Assembly: GCA_964016885.1 (NCBI GenBank)
Contig: OZ024746.1
Location: forward strand, 73,470,001 to 73,534,000
DNA length: 64,000 nt
Reading direction: 5' to 3'
DNA from: Eledone cirrhosa
Lineage: Eukaryota
Positions within the stretch are counted from its first letter, which is position 1. Each line of letters opens with the position of its first letter. The notes beneath the pieces are model-generated. The model was given only the letters and a program-made list of their open reading frames with translations, searched no databases and had not been told where the DNA came from. Of the stretch, positions 11,988 through 23,892 are shown one piece after another. A program made the translations under genes and the position numbers.

Positions 11988-13191
11988 GTAAGTAGTTTAA
12001 GGACCATTCTTAAAGAAATCTTCATTCACTATTATCATTATATTTGCCTACATGTATCATCATCATTGTTTTAACATCTGCTTTTCCTGCTAGCAAGGGT
12101 TGGTTGGGTCTCATAGACCAAGTCAGTACTGAAGTGGGGCTTCTGACCTCCCAGACAGGCCAGAGATCTGTCGTCTCACTTGTGTATAGCCTCAGATTCT
12201 GCCGAATGCACAGGAGAGGTTGTCATGTCGTTGACGCAACTGAAGGGTCCTCCCAACCCTTTGTTTGACAATCTTTCTATGGCTGGCTCTGTTTATTGTG
12301 AAGATCACCAACACTAAGGAGGCCGTCATTTCCTTGACATGACTAAAGAATCCTCTCAACCCTTATTTCATCATCATCATCATTTAAAATCTGCTTTCCC
12401 TGCTAGCAAAGGTTGGACGTGTCACCAGAGACCTGTCATTACTCAAGTGGAGTTGCTGACCTCCAGATGGGCTGACTGCCCCACACAAGATCCTGCACTC
12501 TACTGAGTGCAACTTATTGTGGCACCAACACTAGAGAAGTTGTCATGTTCTTGACACAACTGAAGAGTCTTCCTCGCCCTTCATTTGGCATGTAGTCTAT
12601 GGATGGTTACCCTTCCTATCATCAATCACTTTACAAAAGCTTTGGTTGACACACACAGGACAGGCTTTCATGTCTATGACACAACTGAAGAGTCTGTCTG
12701 ACCCTTTGTTTGGCAAGCTTTCTGCAGCTGGTTCAGGTTTTCATGCTGTTAACATAACTGAAGAGTCCTCTTAACTCTTTTTTGCATGGTTTCTGCAGCA
12801 GGATGCCTTTCCTATTGTCAACCACTCTACTGTGTGTATGGGTGCATTTTTTGTGGCATCAGTGCTTGAAAGGTTACAGGGTAATAAGTATGGTGTCATG
12901 GGTGTGTATGACAAGTGTGTTAGTATTTGACAGAGTGAATAGTGGGATGGAAGAGTGACCTCGTAGAGCATGATGTATATATGTGATACATATATATATA
13001 TACATGTGTGTGTGTGTGTGTGTGTCTATGCCTGTGTTTATTTCTCATAATTAAGCAGTTCAACAAAATTTGCTTGACAAAATAAATACCCTACTACTTA
13101 GGTCGATGTGATCGACTAAATTCCTTTATGGTTAATGACTTAAACCCTTAAACCAGTAAAAGAACAAAAGAAAACTACACACACACACATG

Positions 13192-13250
<59 letters not shown>

Positions 13251-13256
<6 letters not shown>

Positions 13257-15612
13257 TAAAATAACAGATTAAAGTTTAAGCAAAGAATCGCTGCTTTCAC
13301 CCTTAACGGGATCTTCTGAAACTAAAAAAGTCAATCTGTGAACGCAGAAGTAAATATTTCAAAAAACGTTGCAACCGGAGGAAGACAGGAAGACGATACT
13401 TTGGTTCGTGGAAACGTTCCGTGGCAAAGAACGGGAAAAAACAAAGATAATACGTCATTATTTGGAGCGGTGAAAAACAATTACACACAAAGACAAAACC
13501 ACGTTTATGGTATAAAAGAAGTCGTAGACTAATATTCTATTAGGTGGTTCATGGAGACGTTCTCGGGCAATGAACGGAAAAAATGAAGATAATACGTCAT
13601 GTGGAGCAGGGAGAACAATTGCACGCAAAGACAAAACCACGTAAATGGTATAACTGAAGTCGTAGACTAAAATTCTAACTAGGAAACCGAATGAATCTCC
13701 GCTTCAGAGCTAAGAATAAAGTAAATAAAATACAATACAGAAGTAATAGAAATTAAATAAATACATACACGCATCCATATATGTACAAACACAAGCATAC
13801 GCGAAAACACTCGCCATAGGTATACAAATACAAGCACGTACACAAAAAAAAAAAAAAAAAAAAAACCCGCACGCACATACAGAACCCACGCAACGCCTGT
13901 ACTGACACACATGCGAATGTATACACCAAATACACATAAAAATATATATATATATGTGTGTGTGTGTGCGTGAATACATATAATTAAATAAAAGTATATA
14001 AATAAATAAATGCGTATATAACGCGCACACACACATACCTACATGTGAATACACATATGTTCGAAGACGTACGTCAACCAAAACACAAAGCACACACATA
14101 CACACCCCCTACATACGTATGAACCCGCATACTGACACAGACGCAAAACTCGCGTATACACATAACCAAATGCATATGTACAAGAATATATAATATATAC
14201 GCCATAGCATATACAATCAAATATATGTACGAGAAAGTATACGTACCCTCACAAAACATACAGGTAATATATACTTACCTATACAAATAAGTAATGGTAT
14301 AAACATAACATATACTTAGCTACCACATCAAGACGTAAAATATCTGCGTATAGTTCGTACTATTCGTTAGGGTATAATGTGGGGCTGTAATACAGGAAAG
14401 TTTTGTGCAATTTATGTTTACAAGCCGAAATTGCCTCAGATTTTTTGTTTAAGATCTGGTCTTTGGCGTAGAGTATTTCCAGGGCCTAAGCGGTGCAGAG
14501 GTCACATGGTCTTTAATTTCCGTTATACGATCTAGCCTTAGCTAGGACTAGGATCTCTCAGTGTAACTTATATTGGGTGTGGTTGTCTTTTAGACTCCAG
14601 ATATAAGCTGAAAGTGACGTCATATTCCTTCTTAAAGGGTTAAGAAAAGAATGGGTATGCATGTAAAGACGCTGTTTGAATCTATTGGCGGTTAACCCTA
14701 TGTAGGCCCTATGGGACATGGGTGTTTCAACCTTACATTTGTAGACAATGTTACTAGAGAGGCATTTCTCGGATAGGGGGCAGTCAACCCGATTCCTACA
14801 ATTACAGTTAGTACTAGCTACAGGGTAGCACGTGTTCCTACGGCTAGGTAGTTTAGCTAAATTTGAAACTGTGATGTTATGTGCAAGGTTAGGAGTCATA
14901 GAGTAAGAAATTTTAATGGTATTTCTATTAAAAATGTTACTATATTTATGTGTTGCGGGGAAAATGCTTCATAATGAGGGAGAGAAAGATCTTAGCTAAT
15001 GGTGTGGCCACCTCCTTATTATATGGTGGGTTATACCGTATAATGCGTTGGGATCTGTTTTTGCATATGCTTGTGTTTGTACGTATATGGATGCGTGTAT
15101 GTATTTATTTAATTTCAATTACCTCTGTATTTTATTTACTTTATTCTTAGCTCTGAAGCCGAGATTCATTCGGTTTCCTAGTTAGAATTTTAGTCTACGA
15201 CTTCAGTTATACCATTTACGTGATTTTGTCTTTGCGTGCAATTGTTCTCCCCGCTCCACATATGACGTATTATCTTCGTTTTTTCCGTTCATTGCCAGAG
15301 AACGTCTCCATGAACCACCTAATAGAATATTAGTCTACGACTTCTTTTATACCATAAACGTGGTTTTGTCTTTGCGTGTAATTGTTTTTCACCGCTACAA
15401 ATAATGACGTATTATATTCGTTTTTTTCCCATTCTTTGCCAGGGAACGTTTCCACGAACCAAAGTATCGTCTTCCTGTCTTCCTCCGGTTGCAACGTTTT
15501 TTGAAATATTTACTACTGCGTTCACAGATTGACTTTTTTAGTTTCAGAAGATCCCGTTAAGTGTGATAGCAGTGATTCTTTGCTTAAACTTTAATCTGTT
15601 ATTTTAATAAAT
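13251..15612 (-). mobile_element. Penelope-like retroelement, 5'-truncated, with inverted pseudo-LTR
   Basis: Minus-strand remnant YNPPY..KHFP..FNRNTIKISYS..CNCRNRVDCPLSEKC..VYKC..YIGLT (GIY-YIG) at about 14360-15055; about 550-bp inverted repeats 13251-13803 and 15062-15612; (TA)n nearby on both sides. Confidence 0.9.
13273..13323 (-). ncRNA. Putative hammerhead-like motif in Penelope pseudo-LTR
   Basis: Same 51-nt fold as 9809-9859, on the sense strand of the element; third copy at 15540-15590 has GAAA changed to GATA. Confidence 0.55.
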
Positions 15613-15721
15613 ATTTGCTCTACGGTTTTTATATATTTGATATATATTTATCCTTATTGAGACCTCTTTGGATTTTAGTCTTCAAATTTATTATTATTAC
15701 TATATATATATATATATATAA

Positions 15722-15940
15722 GTGAAGGCGTGTGGCTGAGTGGTTAGAGAATTGGATTCGCAATCGTAAGGTTGTAAGTTCGATTCCTGGACCAGGCGAT
15801 GCGTTATGTCCTTGAGCAAGACACTTTATTTCACTTTGCTCCTTCTACCTGGAGTTGCGACCAATAGATAGTATTAGCAATTGGAAAGACCAACGGAAAC
15901 ATTGTTCCCTCGGTCCGATTTGACGAAAGTCGATCGTTCC
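15722..15940 (+). mobile_element. Second tRNA-derived SINE family (also about 5071-5345, 22510-22660 minus, 31958-32190)
   Basis: GTGAAGGCGTGTGGCTGAGTGGTTAG...GTTCGATTCC...GTCCTTGAGCAAGACACTT. Confidence 0.75.
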
Positions 15941-16005
15941 TACATATATATATATTTATATACACACACACCTCTCAATTCGTTCTTACCTTACAAATAT
16001 TTCAG

Positions 16006-16135
16006 GTATGCTGGTCAGGTGGGCTACATGATTGCAAATATCAGAGACATCAAAGAAGCTCGAATTGGAGACACTATTTTCCATCCCAAGACTCCAGTAA
16101 CTCCTGTTGAAGGATTTAAACCTGCTAAACCTATG
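16006..16135 (+). CDS. GUF1: GUF1 coding exon
   Basis: cag|YAGQVGYMIANIRDIKEARIGDTIFHPKTPVTPVEGFKPAKPM|gt. Confidence 0.95.
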
Positions 16136-17076
16136 GTTGGTAAAATTCTTAAGTTTTTCAAAAGAGAGGAAAGCCATGAATATATTTTCTACCATCTTTG
16201 GAAGATTTATGATTATATTTGTTGTGTCAGTGATATAAACCTTGTCCAATCATAGGAAGAGTCCATAGCAGTGGTTGATATCTTCTGCTATCTTAGTGAC
16301 GTAATTAACAGCAGAGGAGGGTGCTCTGAGAGCATAATAGCTAGAATAAGATTAGGATGGAAAAGTTTAGAGAGCAACTCCCACTGTTGACAACAAAAGG
16401 TTTCTCCCTACTTATCACTGGTGGGATCAAAGCCTTGTCTTCTTTCTTACTTATTAACACTTTAGTTTTTGTTAAGTTTACTCTCGGTCTTTTTGATTTT
16501 AAGTTCTGTTTCACAGTTGGAATTTATTCTCTTGTTCTACAGATTCAGCTATAAAAACCAGATCATTTGGTTTGTGTTTTCACCTGATTGATAGGTGATC
16601 AGGTAGCGGGCCGGTTTCCTGAAATTTGTGTTGCAGATGATTAGTCCATTTGCATCACAGAATTCATATATATATGTATATATATACACATATATGTATA
16701 TTTTTTTCCATTTTTCCTCTTCTTACTCTCATCCAAAACTTTAAGACTCTTTTCCAACGATATCAAGTGTTAAACTAGTAGATATCATCATTGTACTGTA
16801 TTGTTCTCCTGTGCTGTTTTTCCTTGTTAACTTTTTGCACACACACGCACACACACACACATACATACATACATACATACATACATACATGTGCGTGTGT
16901 GTAGTAAATGACTGATAAGTTTTTTTGCTTTATTTTAAGCTGGTACAATGTGGTAGAAAATAATAAGGGTAAATGAAACAAAACAAAACAAAGTAATGTT
17001 TTACACAGTGTATTTTGTCATGATATTTCAGATGTGAAGCTGAAACAGTCCTACTTTCTCCTTCTGTCTGTTGCAG

Positions 17077-17186
17077 GTGTTTGCTGGAGTTTTTCCTGCT
17101 GATCAGTCAGAATATGATGACTTACGGAGAGCTATAGATAAACTCACTTTGAATGATTCAAGTGTTTCTATAAATATTGACTCAAG
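17077..17186 (+). CDS. GUF1: GUF1 coding exon
   Basis: gcag|[36 protein letters not shown]|gtaag. Confidence 0.95.
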
Positions 17187-18202
17187 GTAAGTATTGGGAT
17201 CATTCTTGTCATTGTCATCACTATCATCATCATCAATCTTGTTGTCTTTAATCTCAAATTCATCATTCTCAAATTCAATTTTGTGTGTTATGGGTTTCCA
17301 ATATGCCAATTCTTGATTCTTACATTAGCAAGAATGATGCGAGTGACAAGGTATTATTTGTGCAATTCAGATGGAACTAAGGGTTTTTCTTGAAAAGCAT
17401 AAGTTATCTTCTTGATGATGTTTATATCTTTAGCTGATATACATCATTAAAAGATATACACATATACATAAATAGCTATATTATCATGCCGTGTGTATCT
17501 GGTTTAGAATAGGTTCATCATGTCCCTGTGTGTCGTAAGAAGTGACTAAAAGGAAGATAATTCAGCTGTAAAATCTTGCCTCAAAAGTCTTGTTTGACCC
17601 ATGCCACTATGGACTTGTATATAAGCCGAAAAATATATGACAAAAAAAATCAATAGTAAAATGAGGGTCAGTTTATATTTGAGGTCAATATTTTGCCAAT
17701 TTTCAACAATCCCATGTGAATATTTCACTAGTTTAGTTTCATTTTAAATATGAAATTCATATTTCTTATTGTTTTTGATATGTTTGGAATGAATATTGCC
17801 TTCAAAATGGTCAGAAATTGGTAAAAAAATCATAACATAATGGAGTTGGGAAACAAAAACTATACTCCTAAATGACGCCTAAAACATTTCAAATGTTAAA
17901 ATATTAAAACTTCATGAGAATTTCAAAACCACACCAAAGTCAACTAAAAATGATGTATATGACAGGTTCCATACAGTTTCTGTCTACTAAATTCTATTCA
18001 AAATACATTGATTAATTCAAGGCTATGAAAGTAGAAACTTCTTATCCTGGATGCCATAGTGAGGGATCTAACTCCGAACCTTGGGATTGCAAATCAAACT
18101 TCTTAACCATACACCTATCCATAATTTATTATCAAACTTACTATGTCCTATCTATGATATCAATTTTAACTGACTATTTTAACAATTCTTATATTTTAAA
18201 AG

Positions 18203-18330
18203 CCCAGTACTAGGTCAAGGATGGAGGTTAGGATTCCTAGGTCTTCTTCATATGGATGTCTTTAGTCAACGCCTTGAGCAAGAACACAATATGTCATCTA
18301 TTACGACAGTCCCAAATGTACTTTATAAAG
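18203..18330 (+). CDS. GUF1: GUF1 coding exon
   Basis: ag|[42 protein letters not shown]|gtaag; LepA GFLGLLHM signature. Confidence 0.95.
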
Positions 18331-18826
18331 GTAAGATCCTTTTTCTTCTCATTATCTGTGTAATTTCAATTGACACTCTACTTTAGTTAAGTTGGCCTGC
18401 ACTTAATTATATGTTTTTTATGTAGAGGGCATCACTAGGATCATTATATTAACCCTTTTTATACCAAACCACTTAAAACCACCCTTGGTTTTATGTAAGA
18501 ATTTTTATGTTCCAAACATCTTAAGAGCAATGTAACGAGAAGGACAATGAAGCAAAGAATAGGATGGTTACAACTGGAGTGCCTTTGATCATAGATCTGC
18601 TCAATCAAGGCTGACCTGGGACTAAACAATATTAGGAACCGTAAACATTGATTTCATTGGTTTCAGAGGGCCTGCAAAAGCCATAGGCGCAACCCTCTTC
18701 ATCCAACTACATCATTAAAAGAAAACAACTGTATTTGAAAAATAATATACGTATGTATATGAGTTGATTTTCAAAGAAAAATAACTCTTGATAAATTACA
18801 TCACAAATAATCTTAAGTTCATGTTA

Positions 18827-19227
18827 CTGTATATACTCGTATATAAGCCGAAAAATATTTGACAAAAAATCAATAGTAAAATGAGGGTCAGTTTATATCT
18901 GAAGTCAATATTTTGTCAATTTTCACCGATTTCAGGTGAATATTTCACCGGTTTCACTTTCAATATGAAATTCATATTTCCTATTGTTTTTTTATATATT
19001 TAGAATGAATATCGCTTTCAAAATGGTCTGAAATTGATTAAAAAAATCATTACATAATGGAGTTGGGAAACATTTTAATTGTTAAAATATTAAAACTTCA
19101 TGAGAATTTCAAAACCACACCATCTAAACATAATGCATTGATTAGCTGCCTTGGCTTATAAATGGGGTTTGCCTATTTTTCAGACATATGCTTATATTTG
19201 GATTATCTTATACTCAAGTATATAGAA
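18827..19227. mobile_element. Tc1/mariner-pogo-like MITE; partial direct copy at 17617-17936
   Basis: TA|CTGTATATACTCGTATATAAG... and ...CTTATACTCAAGTATATAG imperfect TIRs. Confidence 0.6.
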
Positions 19228-19313
19228 TAATTCAAATTTGTAATAACATATCAAAAATATAATTTCTTTTTTGTTTATTGTGGCTTTTCAATTTCATTTT
19301 TTTAATATTTTAG

Positions 19314-19384
19314 TTAGAATCCAAGGCAACAAGAATATAAAATTTTATAAGAGTGAAGTAATTGATGTGTTAAACCCCTGTCAG
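19314..19384 (+). CDS. GUF1: GUF1 coding exon
   Basis: tag|RIQGNKNIKFYKSEVIDVLNPCQ|gtatgg; phase 1 to phase 0 fits neighbours. Confidence 0.85.
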
Positions 19385-19546
19385 GTATGGTTTAATCTTA
19401 TCAAATCTATGTTGATCCGAAAAGGATCTTATGTAATATGTGTATTTTTTATTGGGTGTTATTCAAGGGCATCTAGCTGTAAAACATTATCTTAAAACAT
19501 CTTGTCCAATCCATGCCAGTATGGAAAAGTGGTTGTAAAAAGTGAT

Positions 19547-19722
19547 AATTGTTTCTAGTTTTGGCACAAGGCCAGCAATTTCCCAGTGCATTACTGGTAC
19601 TTTATTTTATCAACCCCGTAAGGATGAAAGGCAAAGTTAACCTTGGCGGGATTTGAACTCAGACCGTAAAGGGACGTAACTATGCTGGAAAGCATGGCGT
19701 CCGACCCTCTACCGATACTGCC
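19547..19722 (-). mobile_element. tRNA-derived SINE, young family
   Basis: Reverse-complement copy of the 57976-58164 type. Confidence 0.85.
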
Positions 19723-19939
19723 TTAGCAGTTATTTATATCATCCATAAAACAGTGTTTGTGGTTCAACAAAAATAAATTTATAGTGGTTTATACCACCAT
19801 ACTTAGAGTATAGCATGGGTTGGCACAGGGAAGACCTGTCAGTAAAGAGATCTCATCCAACCCATGCAAGCACTGAAAAATGCATATGAAAACGATTGTG
19901 ATAATATATATACTTAGGTATGTATGTGTGTATGAGTAC

Positions 19940-19970
<31 letters not shown>

Positions 19971-20041
19971 TAAACACGCACATGCACATATTTGTGCTCA
20001 TACTGTTATATATCTTATATATATATTTATATTTTTTATAG

Positions 20042-20143
20042 CTCCCTGATCCAAGTATTATTACTGAATATCAGGAACCTATTGTACTTGGAACTATCAT
20101 AACACCTCTTGAATATATTGATGATATCATGAATCTTTGTATG
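20042..20143 (+). CDS. GUF1: GUF1 coding exon
   Basis: tag|LPDPSIITEYQEPIVLGTIITPLEYIDDIMNLCM|gtaatg. Confidence 0.92.
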
Positions 20144-21291
20144 GTAATGTATATCTTGTTTTGTATATTTATATCGATCGATAAAATCTCAGACCTCACT
20201 CATTTACCGATGGGGGTGGAACTCATCAAATCGAACCAAGAAAACAATGTTTCCATTGGTGATACTATCTATTGGTTGCAACACCTGACAGAAAGAACAA
20301 CGGGAAATAAAGTATTTTGCCTAAAGACATATCACATCACCTGGTCCAGGAATCGAACTCATAACCTCACGATTGTGAAACTAAGCCATGTGCCTTCACT
20401 TTAGTATATAATGTATCGTTAATTGTTTAATATATAAAAATGAGTGACCACCTGTCGTACTTATTAAGTGCTGACTTGTTCTGTGATCACTTATCAAACC
20501 TATGAACATTAGATGATGATGATGACAGGTCCACTAAATGGTTTAATGATAGTGTCACTATTATTGGGCAGAGCGGGGATTACATTTATGTCTGTTGTAT
20601 AAGCCTGTATAGGCCTGTATTGAAAGCAAGAATGGGTTGGGGTAAAACTCAACTATCTGCTTCAGGTGGGACACACTCTAGCTACACTACTGAGTAAAAC
20701 AGACAAATAGAGGCCACAGCTTGATTATGATCTGGTGTCTCTATTGTACTGATAAGTGGATACCTACATACCAAGCAGATATACTTTGTGTATGATATAG
20801 ACTAGGTTGTGTGTGTGGTGTGCCTGGATAATAGGTGCTTCATTCTAGTCATGTGAAATACTCTAATGTAAGTAATTTGAGGGTTTCTATCAGTAAGAGA
20901 AGGCAGCGAATTGGCAGAGCTGTTAGAATGTTGGATAGAATGCTTTGTAGTATTCATTTTAGCTCTCTTCGAGGTCAACTTTGCCTTTCATCCATTCAAG
21001 GTTGATAAAAAAAAGTACCAGTCAAGTACTGGGGTTGATTCTTCCTCTATATCTTTTCTCACTTCCATTCTCTCACTCTCTCTATCTTTCTCTGGAAGAA
21101 ATCTGCTGTATTCAGACCTGGAGAGGAGATGGGCTCCACCAGATTTTAAAATGCCCTAGAAACCCCATATGTCAATACGGCACTCCTACAACTACCTTAG
21201 GTGTTACAGAGCCATGCATGCATTTTGTAGGAAGCTGTTTAGGTGTTGTTTGTGTTCAGTATTGCATTTGAATTGTTTGTTATTTGTTTAG

Positions 21292-21425
21292 GACCGCCGA
21301 GGTCTCTTGAAGAACCAGGTCCATATAGATGACAACCGAGTCATGATTACAATAGTCTTCCCACTCAATGAAATTTTGATTGATTTTTTTGATGATCTCA
21401 AGTCAATGACCTCCGGATATGCAAG
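21292..21425 (+). CDS. GUF1: GUF1 coding exon
   Basis: tag|[44 protein letters not shown]|gtcag. Confidence 0.95.
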
Positions 21426-21490
21426 GTCAGTATTCAGTTTGAGAGCTCTTCTCCAACACCTGCACACACACACACACACCAAACTTCACA

Positions 21491-21522
<32 letters not shown>

Positions 21523-22266
21523 TCACATCATAAATACATCATACACATGTTCCCATACAATATGTCCAGACTTAAACAAATACCCACACAACACCCATAC
21601 AAGCCTTGGGTTGTGAGTGCAATTTGGTAGTCAAAAACTGTCTAGAACTCCTTGTATCATCATCATTTAATGTCCATTTTTCCTGAGATTGAACAGGTCA
21701 TCACAGACCAAGTACATAATCAGAACTACTGAGCTCTCACATGGGCCGGGACCTCCTTTCATTTACATACATTCCAGCACTCTACCTAGTGTGTTGTGCA
21801 AGAGATCATCCTGTCTTTAACACAACTGAAGAGTCCTTTGTATCATTTGTTTGGCAAGTTTTCTATGGTTGGATGTTCTTCCTATCACCAACCACTTTAC
21901 AGAGTGTACTGGGTGTGTTTTATCATGTCATCAACACTAAAGGGGTTGCCATGCCCTTGACACAACTGAAGAGGCTTCTTAACTCTGTTTTGGGCATGGT
22001 TTCTGCAGATGGATGCCCTTCCTATCACCAACCACTATACAGTTTGTACTGGGTGTTTTATCATGGTACTAGCACTAGGGCGGTTGTTGGACATTAACTC
22101 AATTGAAGAGCCCTCTCTACCCTGTGGGGATAGGATAGGTTAGTGGGGATGGCGTATGTATATAACTAATAACCCTTACTGAGTTTCTTACTGATGTTAA
22201 ATTGGCTGAGTCATTAGAGCATAAGAGAAAATGCTTTGCAATATTTGTTCTTCCTTGTCTTTCCCT

Positions 22267-22477
22267 CATCATCATCACCATTTTATGTCCGTTCTTCCAC
22301 GCTAGCATGGGTTAGACGGGTTGTCCTGTTGTGGGCAGTGTCCGGTCGGCTGACCTTGTTTTGCTCATACGGGAACAGATTCTGGCTTGATTTCTACAGC
22401 TGGATGCTCTTCCTAACACCAACCTCATTTACAGTGAGTGCTGGGTGCTTTTTTTTTTCCTGTGGCGCCTACACGTC
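22267..22477 (-). mobile_element. RTE-tailed SINE-like repeat
   Basis: Close reverse complement of 24919-25131. Confidence 0.85.
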
Positions 22478-23242
22478 CACTTTACAGTGGAATGATAGGG
22501 ACCCCAGTCCTATCATCTCATTTCTACAGCTGAGTAAACTGGAGCAATGTGAAATAAAGTGTCTTGCTCAAGGAAACAACACATAACCCAGTCCAAGAAC
22601 TGAACTCACAACCTTTCGATTGCCAGCCCAATGTTCTAACCACTAAGCCATGTGCCTTCATATAAACAGTAAAAAATAATACCATACCACTCTTCACACA
22701 ATCAACCAATTAGTCATAATTTTAGCTCCTCTTGCTATGGGTAGTGCTTTGGGCTACAACTTTCCTCCAATGCACACAATCCACTGCTGCTCTATCACTT
22801 CAATTCCATTCAAGGTGATGTGGGCAGCCTTCACCAGATCATCTTAAAATGTCTGCCACCATCACAATCTATATATAAATTTGAGCGACTCCCATCCATC
22901 TGTCCATCACACAATGTGTGCGTTTGTGTGAATGTATGTGCATGTAAAATGAAGGAAGGGGATGGTGAAAAAACCTTAGCAAAAACAGCAGTCGATGTTC
23001 CATTTGCTACACTATGTGTGAGTGTATGTGTGTATGTGTGTGTGTGAATGTATGTTTGTGAGTGTGTATTTTTGTAAGTGTGTCTGTGTTTGCCTGTTTA
23101 TATTTATATACTCATACATATAAATGTATGCACATGCAGACACACACACACACATATATACACACATATGTGTCAGCATATTAAAAGAAATCCTAGTCAT
23201 AATAAACTACCATAACTGATATATTGTTCTTGTTCTTTACAG

Positions 23243-23288
23243 TTTTGATTATGAAGATAATGGATTCCAAATTTCATCACTTGTGAAG
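23243..23288 (+). CDS. GUF1: GUF1 46-nt coding exon
   Basis: cag|FDYEDNGFQISSLVK|gtgag; completes the SGYASFDYE motif. Confidence 0.92.
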
Positions 23289-23838
23289 GTGAGTAATAGT
23301 AGTAGTGGTGGTGGTGGTGGTGGTGGTGGTGGTGGTGGTGGTGGTAGTAGTAGTAGAGGCGGTGATGGCAGCAGCTGCAGCAGTTTATAGCTAAACATTA
23401 ACATGTTCATTTAGCTAAGAAATTCCATGTTCGAAGTTCAAATCTTGTTATAGGGTAGTTGTAGTGGTGAAGGCTGGTTCCACAATAAAATGCCCCATGT
23501 ACTCTTTATAAATTTATTGGTATTATGAAGGGCATTCAGCTATAGAAAGTTTGTCAAAAGTGAAGCCTATGAGTTAGATGTGGTTCCTTAGGCCATCTAG
23601 TCTCAGACCATAACAACCTGTGCAACTCATGCCAGCATGGAAAATGGATGTAAACTGATGCTGATCTCTCTCTCTCTCTGCAAACCCCTCTACTTGGCAT
23701 CTGTCTTTCACACACAGTCTATCTCTGTCACTGAATTTCTCTCTCAACATTTCATATGGGTTACAATAGTTTCAGTTTACAAACATTTCGGGTGACAAAC
23801 TGCCTTCAGGAATGAATTAAGTTGGTGAACTGAGGTCC

Positions 23839-23890
<52 letters not shown>

Positions 23891-23892
<2 letters not shown>

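Noticed and set aside
12230-12790. CTGAAGA in tandem units as hammerhead cores, or the array as a CRISPR
   Set aside because: No downstream GAAA or closing stems; whole units repeat with no unique spacers; eukaryotic context without cas genes
13679-14259. Long hydrophobic ORFs
   Set aside because: Translations of CA/TA-rich low-complexity sequence in the Penelope 3' region
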